From assembly GCF_030654605.1 (NCBI RefSeq), contig NZ_JAURXB010000296.1, forward strand, positions 7,220-71,219: 64,000 bases of DNA, given 5' to 3'. The translations under genes and the position numbers were made by a program. This document shows, piece by piece, positions 18,262 to 28,900 of this stretch; positions within the stretch are counted from its first letter, which is position 1; each line of letters starts with the position of its first letter. This DNA is from Bradyrhizobium sp. GTDB lineage: Bacteria; Pseudomonadota; Alphaproteobacteria; Rhizobiales; Xanthobacteraceae. Under the pieces are notes generated by a model that made no database searches, was not told where the DNA came from, and worked only from the letters and a program-made list of their open reading frames with translations.

Positions 18262-18975
18262 ATGATCGGTATGAATTTCAAATACGTCGGTCCGCTGCTG
18301 TTGCTGGCCGCGCTGGTCATAGGCGACCAGATCAGGATCAACCGGCCCAATCACAAATACCGCCTGACGGTCGAGGTGGAGACGCCCGAAGGCGTCAAAT
18401 CCGCCTCCGGCATCATGGCGGTCCATCCCGACCGAAGTTACAGCCGCGGCGGCAAGACCAGCACCAAAGGCGATGCCGTGTTCGTCGATCTCGGCGGCGG
18501 CAAGAACCTGGTGGCCTTGCTGGCCCACATCGACAAATCGCTCGAACTCGACGAGATCAACTACGTGGCGCTACGCGCCTACAAGGCCGCGGGTCAGAAC
18601 GTGTCGTTCAACCAGATGAGCCGAATGACCGGCACGGTGCCGGTGACGGGGGAGGTGATCCCGGTGCTGGTCAGCTTTGGCGACCCCGCCGATCCCGCTT
18701 CCGCACGCCGGGTGCAACCCGACAATATCGAGGGTGTGCTGGGAAAGGGCATTCGGCTCCGCGGCATTTCGGCCGAGGTGGTGCCGAACGGCATCTGGCC
18801 GCTCGATTTCGGCGGTCCGCTGGGCGATCCCGTGACCCGCGGCATCGAGGCAAAATTGCCGTGGTTGAATGGTGCTGACAATGCGGCGGGCAAGGCGGCG
18901 GAAAAGGCGCTCCAGGCCGCGGGAGTGCGGACCGGCGAGGTGATCGATTCCAGGGATGCTTTCACGCGGAAATAG
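18262..18975 (+). CDS. hypothetical exported/anchored protein
   Basis: ORF 18160..18975. ATG 18262 or 18271 gives M(IGM)NFKYVGPLLLLAALVIGDQ signal/anchor. No family recognised. Confidence 0.6.
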   Translation: MIGMNFKYVGPLLLLAALVIGDQIRINRPNHKYRLTVEVETPEGVKSASGIMAVHPDRSYSRGGKTSTKGDAVFVDLGGGKNLVALLAHIDKSLELDEINYVALRAYKAAGQNVSFNQMSRMTGTVPVTGEVIPVLVSFGDPADPASARRVQPDNIEGVLGKGIRLRGISAEVVPNGIWPLDFGGPLGDPVTRGIEAKLPWLNGADNAAGKAAEKALQAAGVRTGEVIDSRDAFTRK

Positions 18976-19086
18976 CAATGCAGGCCCGCGCTCCGGCGTG
19001 GCATATTGATCCGGTACGGGGTGGGAGGCATGATCCACCCTGATTTATCTATGCGAGATTTGCGACGTGAGATTGGAAGCCAGGCA

Positions 19087-19857
19087 ATGAGGAGGCCGGT
19101 CGTCGGGGTGATCGCCAACGCCTATCGCGTTGAGGATCGGTTTGCGACGCAGATGACCGGCGAGCGTAATCTTCGCGCGGTGGCCGAGGTCGCCGGCGCG
19201 CTGCCGCTGATGTTCGCCGGCTGCTCCGAAATCACCGATATCGGTGCGCTGCTGGATGTGGTCGACGGCGTGATCCTGACCGGCGCCCGGGCCAACGTTC
19301 ACCCGACGCATTTTCGCACCGAACCGCACCCCAGCCACGAGCCCTACGACCTGCAGCGCGATGGCCTGGCGCTGGCGCTGTCGCAGGCCTGCGTCGCGCG
19401 CGGCATACCCCTGTTCGGCATCTGCCGCGGCCTGCAGGAGATGAACGTCGCCTTCGGCGGCTCGCTGCACCCCGAAATCCGGGAATTGCCGGGGCGCATC
19501 AACCATCGGATGCCGCGGCTGGAGAGCGGCGAAATCCATCCCGATCCCACGGTGGTTTTCGCCGACCGCCATGACGTCAATCTCGTTGCCGGCGGCGCCT
19601 TCGCAAACCTGCTGGGATGCGAGACGATCCGCGTCAATTCACTGCACGGCCAGGGCATCCTTGAGCCCGGCGAACGGGTGGTGGTCGAGGGGGTGGCCGA
19701 GGACGGCACCATCGAGGCGATCCGGATTGCGGATGCGTCGGGCTTCGCGCTCGGCGTGCAGTGGCATGCGGAGTACGATCCGCAGCGCAATCCGATCAAC
19801 CGCGCGCTGTTTCAGGCGTTCGGCGAAGCCGTGACGGCGCACAGGCGGGCCGGCTAG
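19087..19857 (+). CDS. gamma-glutamyl-gamma-aminobutyrate hydrolase family protein (class I glutamine amidotransferase, peptidase C26, PuuD-like)
   Basis: ATG 19087 gives MRRPVVGVIAN.... Nucleophile elbow GICRGLQEMNVAFGGSL and GVQWHAE motif. Confidence 0.8.
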   Translation: MRRPVVGVIANAYRVEDRFATQMTGERNLRAVAEVAGALPLMFAGCSEITDIGALLDVVDGVILTGARANVHPTHFRTEPHPSHEPYDLQRDGLALALSQACVARGIPLFGICRGLQEMNVAFGGSLHPEIRELPGRINHRMPRLESGEIHPDPTVVFADRHDVNLVAGGAFANLLGCETIRVNSLHGQGILEPGERVVVEGVAEDGTIEAIRIADASGFALGVQWHAEYDPQRNPINRALFQAFGEAVTAHRRAG

Positions 19858-19929
19858 CTGTCGGGCCGCGCGCACCTTGCCCGGCATATCCCGGCAGGCG
19901 TCTTTCAATCGGCGCATGGGAGCCGCAGT

Positions 19930-19945
19930 CCCGTAATATTACGGG
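19930..19945. promoter_or_regulatory. perfect 16-bp palindrome CCCGTAATATTACGGG (possible operator or hairpin)
   Basis: Read directly. About 130 bp upstream of the hybrid kinase start. Shares the 11-mer cccgtaatatt with 34110-34120. Confidence 0.35.
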
Positions 19946-20073
19946 GCCGGAAATTGATGTTGATGGTATTCATTTGAGGCAACGAAGCCGCGGGCATTTG
20001 GATGTAGGCTTGCGCCCGAGATGCCACCATTGCCTGGTCACCAGCGCAAGACGTCCAGAACAAGGCCAACCAA

Positions 20074-23000
20074 GTGCTCGGTGGAATCAGGCTGTCGACC
20101 CGGCTGGCGCTCGCGATGGTGTCGCTGGTCCTGGTGACGACGGCCGTTCTGAGTTTCATCACATATCACTCGGTCACCGGGGCGGCGATCCCGCGCGCGC
20201 TCGATCGGCTTGCCATCCAGGCCGCGTTGAGCGCCGTCAGACTGGAATCCGCGCTGAACGCCGCCCGCCGGGACGTGTTGATGATCCAAAGCGGTGTTGG
20301 CGTGGCGCAACTGGCAGCCGGTGTTCCGACGACGCAACCGGCCGGGAAGCAGATACGGGAAAGCATCGAAGCCCGATTTGCCTCGATCCTGCGGGCGAAA
20401 CCGGATTACACGCAGCTGCGCATCATCGGTGCCGCAGAGGGCGGACGCGAACTGGTACGCGTCGATCGCAAGGGGCCGGGCGGCGCATCGCGCGCCGTTC
20501 CCGACGCCGAACTGGTCCGGGTGGGAGAACACGATTATTTCAAGCGCACGATCGATCTCGCCAGGACCGAGGCTTACGTATCGCCGATCGGGTCCGAGGC
20601 CGATGGCGGCCCGGGCAAGGCCGCAATAGTCCGTTTCGCGATGCCGCTGCAGACGCCGGACGGCCGGCAATTCGGAATCAGCGTTATTGATTTCGATTTG
20701 GGGTCCGAGTTCGAGCGGATTCGGGCCGAGGGCGTCGATGGGATCCAGGTCTTCCTCACGAACGGCGACGGCGATTATCTCATTCATTCGGACCGAGCCC
20801 GCGAGTTCGTATCTGCAACCGGGCTGCACGGGCGCATCCAGGACGATTTTCCGGGGATGGATCATGCCTTGGCGGCCAGAGCCGCCCACAACAGCGGAAT
20901 CCTGAAGGATCGAAGCGGAACGCGATTTGGCGTCGGCTGGGCGCCCGTGGCGATTGCGGGCGGGCCTGAATTGACGATCCTGTTTGCCGCAAAATACGCA
21001 AGTCTCGACCTCGGTCTGGCTGCTGTAAACAGTTCCGCGCAGATCGGCGGCGGGCTCGCAATACTCCTTGCGATGTTGCTCGCGCTGCTGCTGGCCCGCT
21101 CGCTGTCCAGGCCCCTGGTGCAAATAACCGAGGCTGTGAAGGGGCTGTCGCGCGGCGAATTGAAAGTGCTGCCGTCGGGGGGCGGGGCGGAGATTCGCAT
21201 TCTTGCCGAGGAATTCGCGGGGATGGCAAGCGAACTCAGAGCGAAGCAGGCGATGCTCGAGAATACCATCGCCAGCATCGGCGATCCCGTGATCGTTGCC
21301 GACGAACGCGGGCAGATCGTCGTTGCCAACGCCGCCGCGCAGCGCCTGCTCGGTATAGATCCGGGCGCCGACCCGGCAAGAGCCATTCGCAAGTTCAGCT
21401 ATTTTCATCCGGATGGCGTGACGCCGCTGCCGCTTTCGAGTTCGGCGCTGGCGCGGGCGCTGCGCGGCGAAAGCGTGGACGACCAGGAATTCATCGTTCG
21501 ATCGGAAGCGTCGCGCGTTCCGGCATACATCGTTGCGAATGCAAGACCGCTGAGAGATGAAACCGGCAGGCAGCGCGGGGCGGTAACCGTTTTTCGCAAT
21601 GTCACCGAGCACAGGCAAGCACATCAGTCCCTGATCGACAGCGAGCAGTTGGCGCAGGCCATCGTCAAGACGGCACTCGATGCTTTCATTCAAATGGACG
21701 AAACGGGCATCATTCTCGACTGGAGCCCGCACGCCGAGGCCATGACGGGGTGGACGCGATCGGAGGCGATTGGCGTCCGCGTCGGCGATTTGATCGTGCC
21801 GGCCTCGCTGCGCGACAGCCACAGGCAACGGATCAGCCAATTCCTGCACGAGGTCACGGAAGGTATGGCGGCCGGCTGGAGATTCGAATCGATTTCGCTG
21901 CATCGTGACGGCAGGGAAATCATCACCGAAGTGTCGCTGACGGCGTTACGCCGCGGCAGCGGTTACATTCTCAATGGGTTCCTCCGGGATATCACCCAGA
22001 AGCGCGCGACCGAGGAGCAGTTGATCCAGGCGCAGAAGATGGAATCGGTGGGCCAGCTCACCGGCGGCATCGCGCATGACTTCAACAACATGCTTACCGT
22101 CATCACCGGGACGATTGAAATCCTGGCCGAGGGCGTCAGGGACAAACCGGTTCTGGCGCGTATCGTGGCATTGATCGACGACGCCGCGGAGCGGGGTGCA
22201 AAGCTGATTGCAAATCTGCTGGCGTTCGCCCGCAAGCAGCCGCTGCGGCCGACAAAGACCGACGTCAACGCGCTTGTCAGCGAAGCCGCGACATTTCTGG
22301 CGCAGACGCTCGGCAGGCAGATCGAGATCCAGACAAACCTGAGCGAATATCTGTGGCCGTCGCATATCGATCCCGGTCAACTTTCCTCCGCGCTCGTCAA
22401 CCTCGGCATCAACGCCCGCGACGCCATGCCCGAAGGTGGGAAACTGACCTTCACGACCAACAATATCACGCTGGACGGGCCGGCCAGCACGGCAAGGGGC
22501 GTCGATCTGCCCGGTGACTACGTCGTCGTCGAGGTGACAGATACCGGCACCGGTATTCCCGACGCAATCCGGGACCGGATCTTCGAGCCGTTCTTCTCGA
22601 CCAAGGAGACCGGCCAGGGCACGGGGCTCGGGCTCAGCATGGTGTTCGGGTTCGCCAAGCAGTCCGGCGGCAATATCGAGGTTCGCAGCGAGGCAGGTCG
22701 CGGAACCAATTTCAGGATCTATTTGCCAAGGGCAGAGGAGGGCGGCCTGCAGCTGCCACTGGCCGAGCGGGTGCCATCGCCGGGCGGCGCCGAAACGATC
22801 CTGTGCGTGGAGGATGACCCCAGCGTGCGGGCCTACGTGATCGTTCAACTCGAGAGCCTTGGCTACAAGGTCCTGGTGGCATCGAATGCGGCCGAGGCCC
22901 TGGCCATTGCGGATGCGGGGGCGGCATTCGATCTGCTGTTCACCGATATTGTGATGCCGGGAAAATTGAATGGCAGGCAGCTCGCCGAGGCGATGGCCGC

Positions 23001-23238
23001 GCAGCGGCCGTCGCTGAAGGTGCTGTTCACGTCGGGCTACACCTATGATGCCCTCAGCCGGCACGGCCGGGTTTCGTCCGACATCCGCCTGCTGGTGAAG
23101 CCGTACCGGCGGGCAGAACTGGCGCGGATGCTGCGTCTCTGCCTGGATTCATCGGCCGGCGCCGCAAGCGATCCGATACCGACCCCGTATTCCGTGCAGG
23201 AAGAGCGCGACCGCTTCCTGGCGACGCCGCCGGAGTAG
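20074..23238 (+). CDS. hybrid sensor histidine kinase / response regulator (periplasmic sensor, HAMP, 2x PAS, HisKA, HATPase_c, REC)
   Basis: 1054 aa, GTG start. TM1 [21 protein letters not shown], about 280-aa periplasmic domain, TM2 [19 protein letters not shown]-box [13 protein letters not shown] boxes [14 protein letters not shown] and DTGTGIP...GTGLGLS. Receiver [16 protein letters not shown]...LFTSGY. Confidence 0.9.
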   Translation: MLGGIRLSTRLALAMVSLVLVTTAVLSFITYHSVTGAAIPRALDRLAIQAALSAVRLESALNAARRDVLMIQSGVGVAQLAAGVPTTQPAGKQIRESIEARFASILRAKPDYTQLRIIGAAEGGRELVRVDRKGPGGASRAVPDAELVRVGEHDYFKRTIDLARTEAYVSPIGSEADGGPGKAAIVRFAMPLQTPDGRQFGISVIDFDLGSEFERIRAEGVDGIQVFLTNGDGDYLIHSDRAREFVSATGLHGRIQDDFPGMDHALAARAAHNSGILKDRSGTRFGVGWAPVAIAGGPELTILFAAKYASLDLGLAAVNSSAQIGGGLAILLAMLLALLLARSLSRPLVQITEAVKGLSRGELKVLPSGGGAEIRILAEEFAGMASELRAKQAMLENTIASIGDPVIVADERGQIVVANAAAQRLLGIDPGADPARAIRKFSYFHPDGVTPLPLSSSALARALRGESVDDQEFIVRSEASRVPAYIVANARPLRDETGRQRGAVTVFRNVTEHRQAHQSLIDSEQLAQAIVKTALDAFIQMDETGIILDWSPHAEAMTGWTRSEAIGVRVGDLIVPASLRDSHRQRISQFLHEVTEGMAAGWRFESISLHRDGREIITEVSLTALRRGSGYILNGFLRDITQKRATEEQLIQAQKMESVGQLTGGIAHDFNNMLTVITGTIEILAEGVRDKPVLARIVALIDDAAERGAKLIANLLAFARKQPLRPTKTDVNALVSEAATFLAQTLGRQIEIQTNLSEYLWPSHIDPGQLSSALVNLGINARDAMPEGGKLTFTTNNITLDGPASTARGVDLPGDYVVVEVTDTGTGIPDAIRDRIFEPFFSTKETGQGTGLGLSMVFGFAKQSGGNIEVRSEAGRGTNFRIYLPRAEEGGLQLPLAERVPSPGGAETILCVEDDPSVRAYVIVQLESLGYKVLVASNAAEALAIADAGAAFDLLFTDIVMPGKLNGRQLAEAMAAQRPSLKVLFTSGYTYDALSRHGRVSSDIRLLVKPYRRAELARMLRLCLDSSAGAASDPIPTPYSVQEERDRFLATPPE

Positions 23239-23443
23239 CCGGGATGGCCTGACGCGCGCGCCGCGTCCTCTCGCCGCCTCGCCGATTATTCGAAGCGGAC
23301 CTTGGCGGTCGGACGACGATGTCCGCCAACACAAATCAAGCCGACATCACGGGCACGCGGGCCGAGGTCAGCTCTTGACCCAGCTACGACGTCGAACTTG
23401 ATTGCGTGCGAGCCGGCAGATGTCCGACCGCATCGATACGCTG

Positions 23444-24817
23444 CTACTTCCAATTCAGCAGCGGGGTCCCGAATGCCCTTTTCCAGACAGTCAAGAAACG
23501 CGGAAACCAGGAGTGAGCGACAGCTCCCCGATAGGCCCACGTACAATATTTGAGGCCTTCATCCGTTAGAAGCTCCTGATACCCACCATGCAATTCGGTT
23601 GCGGCACGAATGTCGCTCAAGATATCTCGAGCGCAGGATCCGTATCTATCGGTTCCCGAAAATTCGTCGTAATCCAGCATGCGGTCCGCGAATTCGACAT
23701 TGAACGTCGGCCAGGAGGAGCGTCCCTGGTAGGATGGGGACGCGATCTTGTGGAGCATCTTTCTGCGCGGATTATTCGCGGAAACCAGGAAGTGAAACGT
23801 ATTTGGCACGCGAAACCGCGGTTCCGCGATGATCAGATCTGTCGTGGCTGCGAACAACGCGCGTTCGTTCCCGTCTGTTAAATCCCAAAATCCTCGCTGC
23901 ACATTGACGAAGTCCAGGGCGATGGAAGACGCAGGCGGTTCGTTATCGCAATCCAGGGAATGACTGATATAGCCATGCTTGCCGAACAAGCGGAGAAGTT
24001 GCGCTTTATATCGTGATAGTTCGCGCCCGAGCAGTTGCTCCAGCTCGCTGATGCCGATTACTCCGAGTTCTGTGGCGCGTAAAAAAGTCGCGTAGACGCA
24101 TGCATTGGTGACGAAACGCCTGCGTTCGGCGCGGGTATCTGTCGCCGCTGAGCGAGGTGCGGCTGCGTCGCAAAGCAAATAGCTGGTCCCGTTATCATCG
24201 AACGGCTCCAACGATCTTGCGAGCTGGATGATCGCTTTCTTCAGATCCTCGCGATACTCGATCAGCAACAAGCGGCCCGCATGGGCGCCTTGTGACAATC
24301 CCAGATACGACGCTGACGCTCTTTGGTCGGCGTATATGATTTGCTCCAGACCGGCGAGGGTGCCCAACAGCGTATCTGAAGGTCGCGAAAAGTAGTTGAC
24401 GCCAATGTACCGATTGCGTCCCGCCGGGATAATAGTGGTCGTGACAACGCCGGAGCGAACGGCCTCCAGCATTAGCCGGACACTTCTTTCGAGCAAGCGA
24501 ACCCTGCGAATTGCATCCTCGGAATCCATGATGGTGTCGGGATCGAGAACGTCGGGATAGAACCAGGCAAAGTCCCGCGGATAATATGCCGATGCGTGCG
24601 GCGCTCCCGTGACGAGAAAAGATTCCGTCGCGGAAAATGCGCTGTTCATCGCGTCCATGTACAGTTCATCGATTTCCGAAGACGAATGGCGCGTCTTTCT
24701 CAGGAATCGATCACCGAGAAAATTTGCCGCCTGAATCCCGTTGGCAATACACGAGGCAACCAGACCCCGGTAGAATCGGTACTCGCTACTTGACGTAACA
24801 GGGCTCTTCATATCCAT
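23444..24817 (-). CDS. orphan hypothetical protein, possibly (alpha/alpha)6-barrel glycoside-hydrolase-like
   Basis: 457-aa ORF in a visibly lower-G+C stretch. No signal peptide. YYPRDFAWFYP, SPSYQGRSSWPTFN and HGGYQELLTDEG...YRGAVAHSWFP loosely recall GH15/GH63/GDE-type barrels. The function call is weak. Confidence 0.6.
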   Translation of the reverse strand: MDMKSPVTSSSEYRFYRGLVASCIANGIQAANFLGDRFLRKTRHSSSEIDELYMDAMNSAFSATESFLVTGAPHASAYYPRDFAWFYPDVLDPDTIMDSEDAIRRVRLLERSVRLMLEAVRSGVVTTTIIPAGRNRYIGVNYFSRPSDTLLGTLAGLEQIIYADQRASASYLGLSQGAHAGRLLLIEYREDLKKAIIQLARSLEPFDDNGTSYLLCDAAAPRSAATDTRAERRRFVTNACVYATFLRATELGVIGISELEQLLGRELSRYKAQLLRLFGKHGYISHSLDCDNEPPASSIALDFVNVQRGFWDLTDGNERALFAATTDLIIAEPRFRVPNTFHFLVSANNPRRKMLHKIASPSYQGRSSWPTFNVEFADRMLDYDEFSGTDRYGSCARDILSDIRAATELHGGYQELLTDEGLKYCTWAYRGAVAHSWFPRFLTVWKRAFGTPLLNWK

Positions 24818-25092
24818 GGATGAACAATGTCCTACGGCATCACCTTTGGGTGCCTGATTATCGCTGATTCGTCTCTGTCAAATGACAGCGATGCCTTCTC
24901 CTGGCGCGTTTGAGACATGCTGACGGGCACTTGAAATGCCTGCCTTCCGGGGTATTTCGGAAGTCCGGTTTTGGGTCGTCAGGATCGGTTTTGGCACTTT
25001 GCGGCCTCTCGCGAGGTCAGCCTTGAGTTCGGAATGCGCACCAAAGCGAGCCGGCTTACCACTCTGAAACCACGGGTTCATGCCCTCGTTCC

Positions 25093-25124
25093 ACAAACAA
25101 AAGGCGCCCCAAACGGAGCGCCTT
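25093..25124 (-). terminator. rho-independent terminator of glnA
   Basis: Minus strand reads aaggcgctcc-gttt-ggggcgcctt followed by ttgtttgt. Lies 50 nt after the glnA stop. Confidence 0.75.
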
Positions 25125-25175
25125 TCGCATTTCGTGAGCCGTGATCTCCGCGAGGCAGCTGCCCCGCGAACAAAA

Positions 25176-26585
25176 TCACTGCGAATAGTACATGTCGAAT
25201 TCGACCGGATGCGGGGTCATCTCGAAGCGCTCGACTTCGGTCATCTTCAGCTCGATGAAGCTGTCGATGAAGTCGTCGTCAAACACGCCGCCATTCTTGA
25301 GGAAGCCGCGGTTCTTGTCGAGGTTTTCCAGCGCTTCGCGGAGCGAGCCGCAGACCGTCGGAATCGACTTCAGCTCTTCCTTCGGCAGGTCGTAGAGGTC
25401 CTTGTCCATCGCCGGACCCGGATCGATCTTGTTCTTGATGCCGTCGAGGCCGGCCATCACCATCGCGGCGAAGGCGAGGTAGGGGTTGGCCATCGGATCG
25501 GGGAAACGCACCTCGACGCGCTTGGCCTTCGGATTGGTGGTGTAGGGGATGCGGCAGGAGGCCGAGCGGTTGCGCGCGGAGTAGGCGAGCAGCACGGGGG
25601 CTTCATAGCCGGGGACCAGGCGCTTGTAGGAGTTGGTCGACGGGTTGGTGAAGGCGTTGATGGCCTTGGCGTGCTTGATGATGCCGCCGATGTAGTGCAG
25701 GCAGGTCTCGGAGAGGTCGGCGTATTTGTTGCCGGCGAACACCGGCTTGCCGTCCTTCCAGATCGACTGGTGGCAGTGCATGCCCGAGCCGTTGTCGCCA
25801 TAGACCGGCTTCGGCATGAAGGTGGCGGTCTTGCCGTAGATGTGTGCGACCTGGTGGATGCAGTATTTGTAGACCTGCATCTGGTCGGCCATCAGCGTCA
25901 GCGTGTCGAACTTCATGCCGAGCTCGTGCTGGGCGGAAGCGACTTCGTGGTGATGCTTCTCGACCTTGACGCCCATCTTGGCCATGGCGCCGAGCATTTC
26001 CGAGCGCATGTCCTGCACCGAATCCTGCGGCGGGACGGGGAAGTAGCCGCCCTTGGTGCGGATGCGGTGGCCGAGGTTGCCGCCCTCATATTCGGTGTCC
26101 GAGTTGGTCGGCAGTTCCGATGAATCGAGCTTGAAGCCGGTGTTGTAGGGGGTGGTCTGGTAGCGGACGTCGTCGAACACGAAGAATTCGGCTTCCGGTC
26201 CGAAGAACACGGTGTCGCCGATGCCCATCGACTTGACCATGGCTTCGGCCTTTTTGGCGATGCCGCGCGGGTCGCGGTTGTAGGGCTCGCCGGTGGTCGG
26301 CTCCAGCACGTCGCAGGTGATGACCATGGTGGTCTCGGCGAAGAACGGATCGATCGTCGCGGTGACCGGATCGGGCATCAGGGTCATGTCGGATTCGTTG
26401 ATCGCCTTCCAGCCGGCGATCGAGGAGCCGTCGAACATCGTGCCCTCGGCGAAGATTTCCTCGTCGATCATGCTGATGTCGAAGGTCACATGCTGCCACT
26501 TGCCGCGCGGATCGGTGAAACGCAGGTCGACGTACTTGACGTCGTTGTCCTTGATCGACTTCAGGACGTCTTTGGCGGTCTTCAT
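25176..26585 (-). CDS. glnA: glutamine synthetase, type I
   Basis: 469 aa. [32 protein letters not shown]..., [13 protein letters not shown] adenylylation-site region. Canonical GSI. Confidence 0.97.
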   Translation of the reverse strand: MKTAKDVLKSIKDNDVKYVDLRFTDPRGKWQHVTFDISMIDEEIFAEGTMFDGSSIAGWKAINESDMTLMPDPVTATIDPFFAETTMVITCDVLEPTTGEPYNRDPRGIAKKAEAMVKSMGIGDTVFFGPEAEFFVFDDVRYQTTPYNTGFKLDSSELPTNSDTEYEGGNLGHRIRTKGGYFPVPPQDSVQDMRSEMLGAMAKMGVKVEKHHHEVASAQHELGMKFDTLTLMADQMQVYKYCIHQVAHIYGKTATFMPKPVYGDNGSGMHCHQSIWKDGKPVFAGNKYADLSETCLHYIGGIIKHAKAINAFTNPSTNSYKRLVPGYEAPVLLAYSARNRSASCRIPYTTNPKAKRVEVRFPDPMANPYLAFAAMVMAGLDGIKNKIDPGPAMDKDLYDLPKEELKSIPTVCGSLREALENLDKNRGFLKNGGVFDDDFIDSFIELKMTEVERFEMTPHPVEFDMYYSQ

Positions 26586-26704
26586 GAATACCCCTTTTGG
26601 CTTACAGGTCGACGAGATCTGGCCGCGGGCAGCGACCGTCGGTGATGCTCATTACAATTGGGCTTAGCCCAACACAATATCAGAGTGCCGCCGGAAGCGG
26701 CGAT

Positions 26705-27103
<399 letters not shown>

Positions 27104-27145
27104 TCACTTGGCGGTCAGCACGACGGTCCAGAGCCGGCTTCCCCA

Positions 27146-27162
27146 AAAGCAGGGTCTATGCC
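27146..27162 (-). promoter_or_regulatory. candidate sigma54 (-24/-12) promoter upstream of glnB
   Basis: Minus strand reads TTGGCATagaccCTGCT (consensus TGGCAC-N5-TTGCW) about 100 nt upstream of the glnB start. NtrC-dependent glnB transcription has been described for Bradyrhizobium japonicum. No full NtrC site found by eye. Confidence 0.35.
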
Positions 27163-27358
27163 AAGTTGTTAAGGTGCCTGATTTTGAAATGTTATCAGAC
27201 TTTTAACAGGCATGGACCAGCGCCTGGAGCAGTATGCCCATGATACTGAAGCCTGTTAAATAGGCAAACAGGTCAATCGGTGTGCAGTTGGCGCGGGGCA
27301 AGTGTGTGCGCGTGACCAGTAATGCCTCAGGATGAGGCGCGTGGATCGGGAATTCGGC

Positions 27359-28861
27359 ATGGAAGTTCTCACGACCGCCGAGATGGAACGGGCCGATCGG
27401 CTGACCATTGCCGCGGGCACCCCTGGATTCGCGCTGATGCTCAGCGCCGGGCAGGCGGTGGCCGAGGCCGCGATGGATCTGGTGGAGGAGGGGCCGATCG
27501 TGGTGGTCGCCGGCGCCGGCAACAATGGCGGCGACGGTTTTGTCGCGGCGGCCGAACTCGCCGCGCGCGGGCGCGAAGTGTCGGTCATTCTGTTGTGCGA
27601 GCGGGATCATCTGCAGGGCGACGCTGCCTCGGCGGCGAGGGGCTGGAAGTTTCCGGTGCTGCCGTTCAATCCGCAGGCGATCGGCAAGCCCGCGCTGATC
27701 ATCGATGCGCTGTTCGGCGCCGGTCTCAACCGCCCGGTGGAGGGCGAACCCTGGGCGATGATCGAGGCGATCAACGCCAACGGCGCCCCCGTTCTCAGCG
27801 TCGACCTGCCGAGCGGCATCAACGGCACCACCGCAGCCGTCATGGGCATCGCCGTCAACGCCACCGAGACGGTGACGTTCTTCCGGCGCAAGCCGGCGCA
27901 TTTGCTGATGCCGGGCCGGAAACATGCCGGCCGCCGGGTGCGCGTCGTCGATATCGGCATCGACGCCGATGTGCTCGCCGAGATCAAGCCGCAGACTTTC
28001 GAGAACGTTCCGCAGAGCTGGCGCCCGTCGTTTCCGGTGCCGCGGATCGACGGCCACAAATACGCCCGCGGCCATGCGGTCGTCGTGTCGGGGGATATCG
28101 CGGCGACCGGTGCGGCGCGGCTGGCGGCGCGGGGCTGCCTGCGCGCCGGCGCCGGGCTGGTGACGCTGGCAACGTCCCGGGATGCCCTGGCCGTCAACGC
28201 CGCGGCGCTGACCGCCGTGATGGTTCACGCCGTCGACACCGTGGTCGAGTTTGCGCAATGGCTGACCGACCAACGCCTCAACGCCCTCGTGATCGGCCCG
28301 GGTACCGGCGTTGGCGACCGCACCCGCGATTTCGTCATCACCGCACTGTCGGCGCAACGGCGCCTCGTGCTCGATGCCGATGCGCTGACCAGCTTTGCCG
28401 CGGCCCCCGACCGTCTGTTCGAAGCGATCGCGGGTTCGCGCGACAGGCAGATCGTGCTGACGCCGCATGAGGGCGAGTTTCCACGGTTGTTCAGCGATAT
28501 CAGCAACAAGCATCCCAATCGCTCGAAACTGGAGCGGGTGCGGGCCGCCGCCGAACGCAGCGGCGCCGTGGTTCTGCTCAAGGGGCCGGACACGGTGGTG
28601 GCCTCGCCGGACGGGCGCGCCACCATCGCCTCCAACGCGCCGCCCTGGCTGGCTACCGCCGGCGCCGGCGATGTGCTGGCGGGAATGATCGCAGCAATGC
28701 TGGCGCAAGGCGTGCCGGCATTCGAGGCCGCCTCGATCGGCGCCTGGATGCATGGCGAGGCCGCGCGCGAGGCGGGTCCCGGCCTGATCGCCGAAGATCT
28801 GCCGGAGGTGCTGCCGGCGGTGTTCCGCAGGCTCTATGACGAGTTCGGCATCGACTACTGA
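27359..28861 (+). CDS. nnr: bifunctional NAD(P)H-hydrate repair enzyme (epimerase / ADP-dependent dehydratase)
   Basis: ATG 27359 gives MEVLTTAEMERADRL.... YjeF_N motif AGAGNNGGDGFV. C-terminal kinase-fold GAGDVLAGMIAA. Confidence 0.9.
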   Translation: MEVLTTAEMERADRLTIAAGTPGFALMLSAGQAVAEAAMDLVEEGPIVVVAGAGNNGGDGFVAAAELAARGREVSVILLCERDHLQGDAASAARGWKFPVLPFNPQAIGKPALIIDALFGAGLNRPVEGEPWAMIEAINANGAPVLSVDLPSGINGTTAAVMGIAVNATETVTFFRRKPAHLLMPGRKHAGRRVRVVDIGIDADVLAEIKPQTFENVPQSWRPSFPVPRIDGHKYARGHAVVVSGDIAATGAARLAARGCLRAGAGLVTLATSRDALAVNAAALTAVMVHAVDTVVEFAQWLTDQRLNALVIGPGTGVGDRTRDFVITALSAQRRLVLDADALTSFAAAPDRLFEAIAGSRDRQIVLTPHEGEFPRLFSDISNKHPNRSKLERVRAAAERSGAVVLLKGPDTVVASPDGRATIASNAPPWLATAGAGDVLAGMIAAMLAQGVPAFEAASIGAWMHGEAAREAGPGLIAEDLPEVLPAVFRRLYDEFGIDY

Positions 28862-28900
28862 GACGGTACGGCAGCGACTTAAAGCGTTGCCGCAAGTTGT

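Noticed and set aside
24992-24997. TGGCAC hexamer (sigma54 -24-like) in the islet flank.
   Set aside because: The -12 position reads GGCCT rather than TTGC. The element is on the plus strand, where no downstream plus-strand gene exists (glnA is on the minus strand).
24878-25096. 72-aa minus-strand ORF (MWNEGMNPWFQSGKPARFG...) between the glnA terminator and the orphan gene.
   Set aside because: It starts inside or immediately after the glnA terminator, has no RBS, has atypical composition and has no recognisable motif. It is probably non-coding islet DNA. A BLASTX search could show whether it is a gene remnant.
26658-26672. Palindrome ttgggct-t-agcccaa in the glnB-glnA spacer as a possible attenuator or terminator.
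   Set aside because: The stem is only 7 bp with a 1-nt loop, which is sterically poor as RNA, and there is no T-run. It could be a protein site, but I have no supporting evidence.
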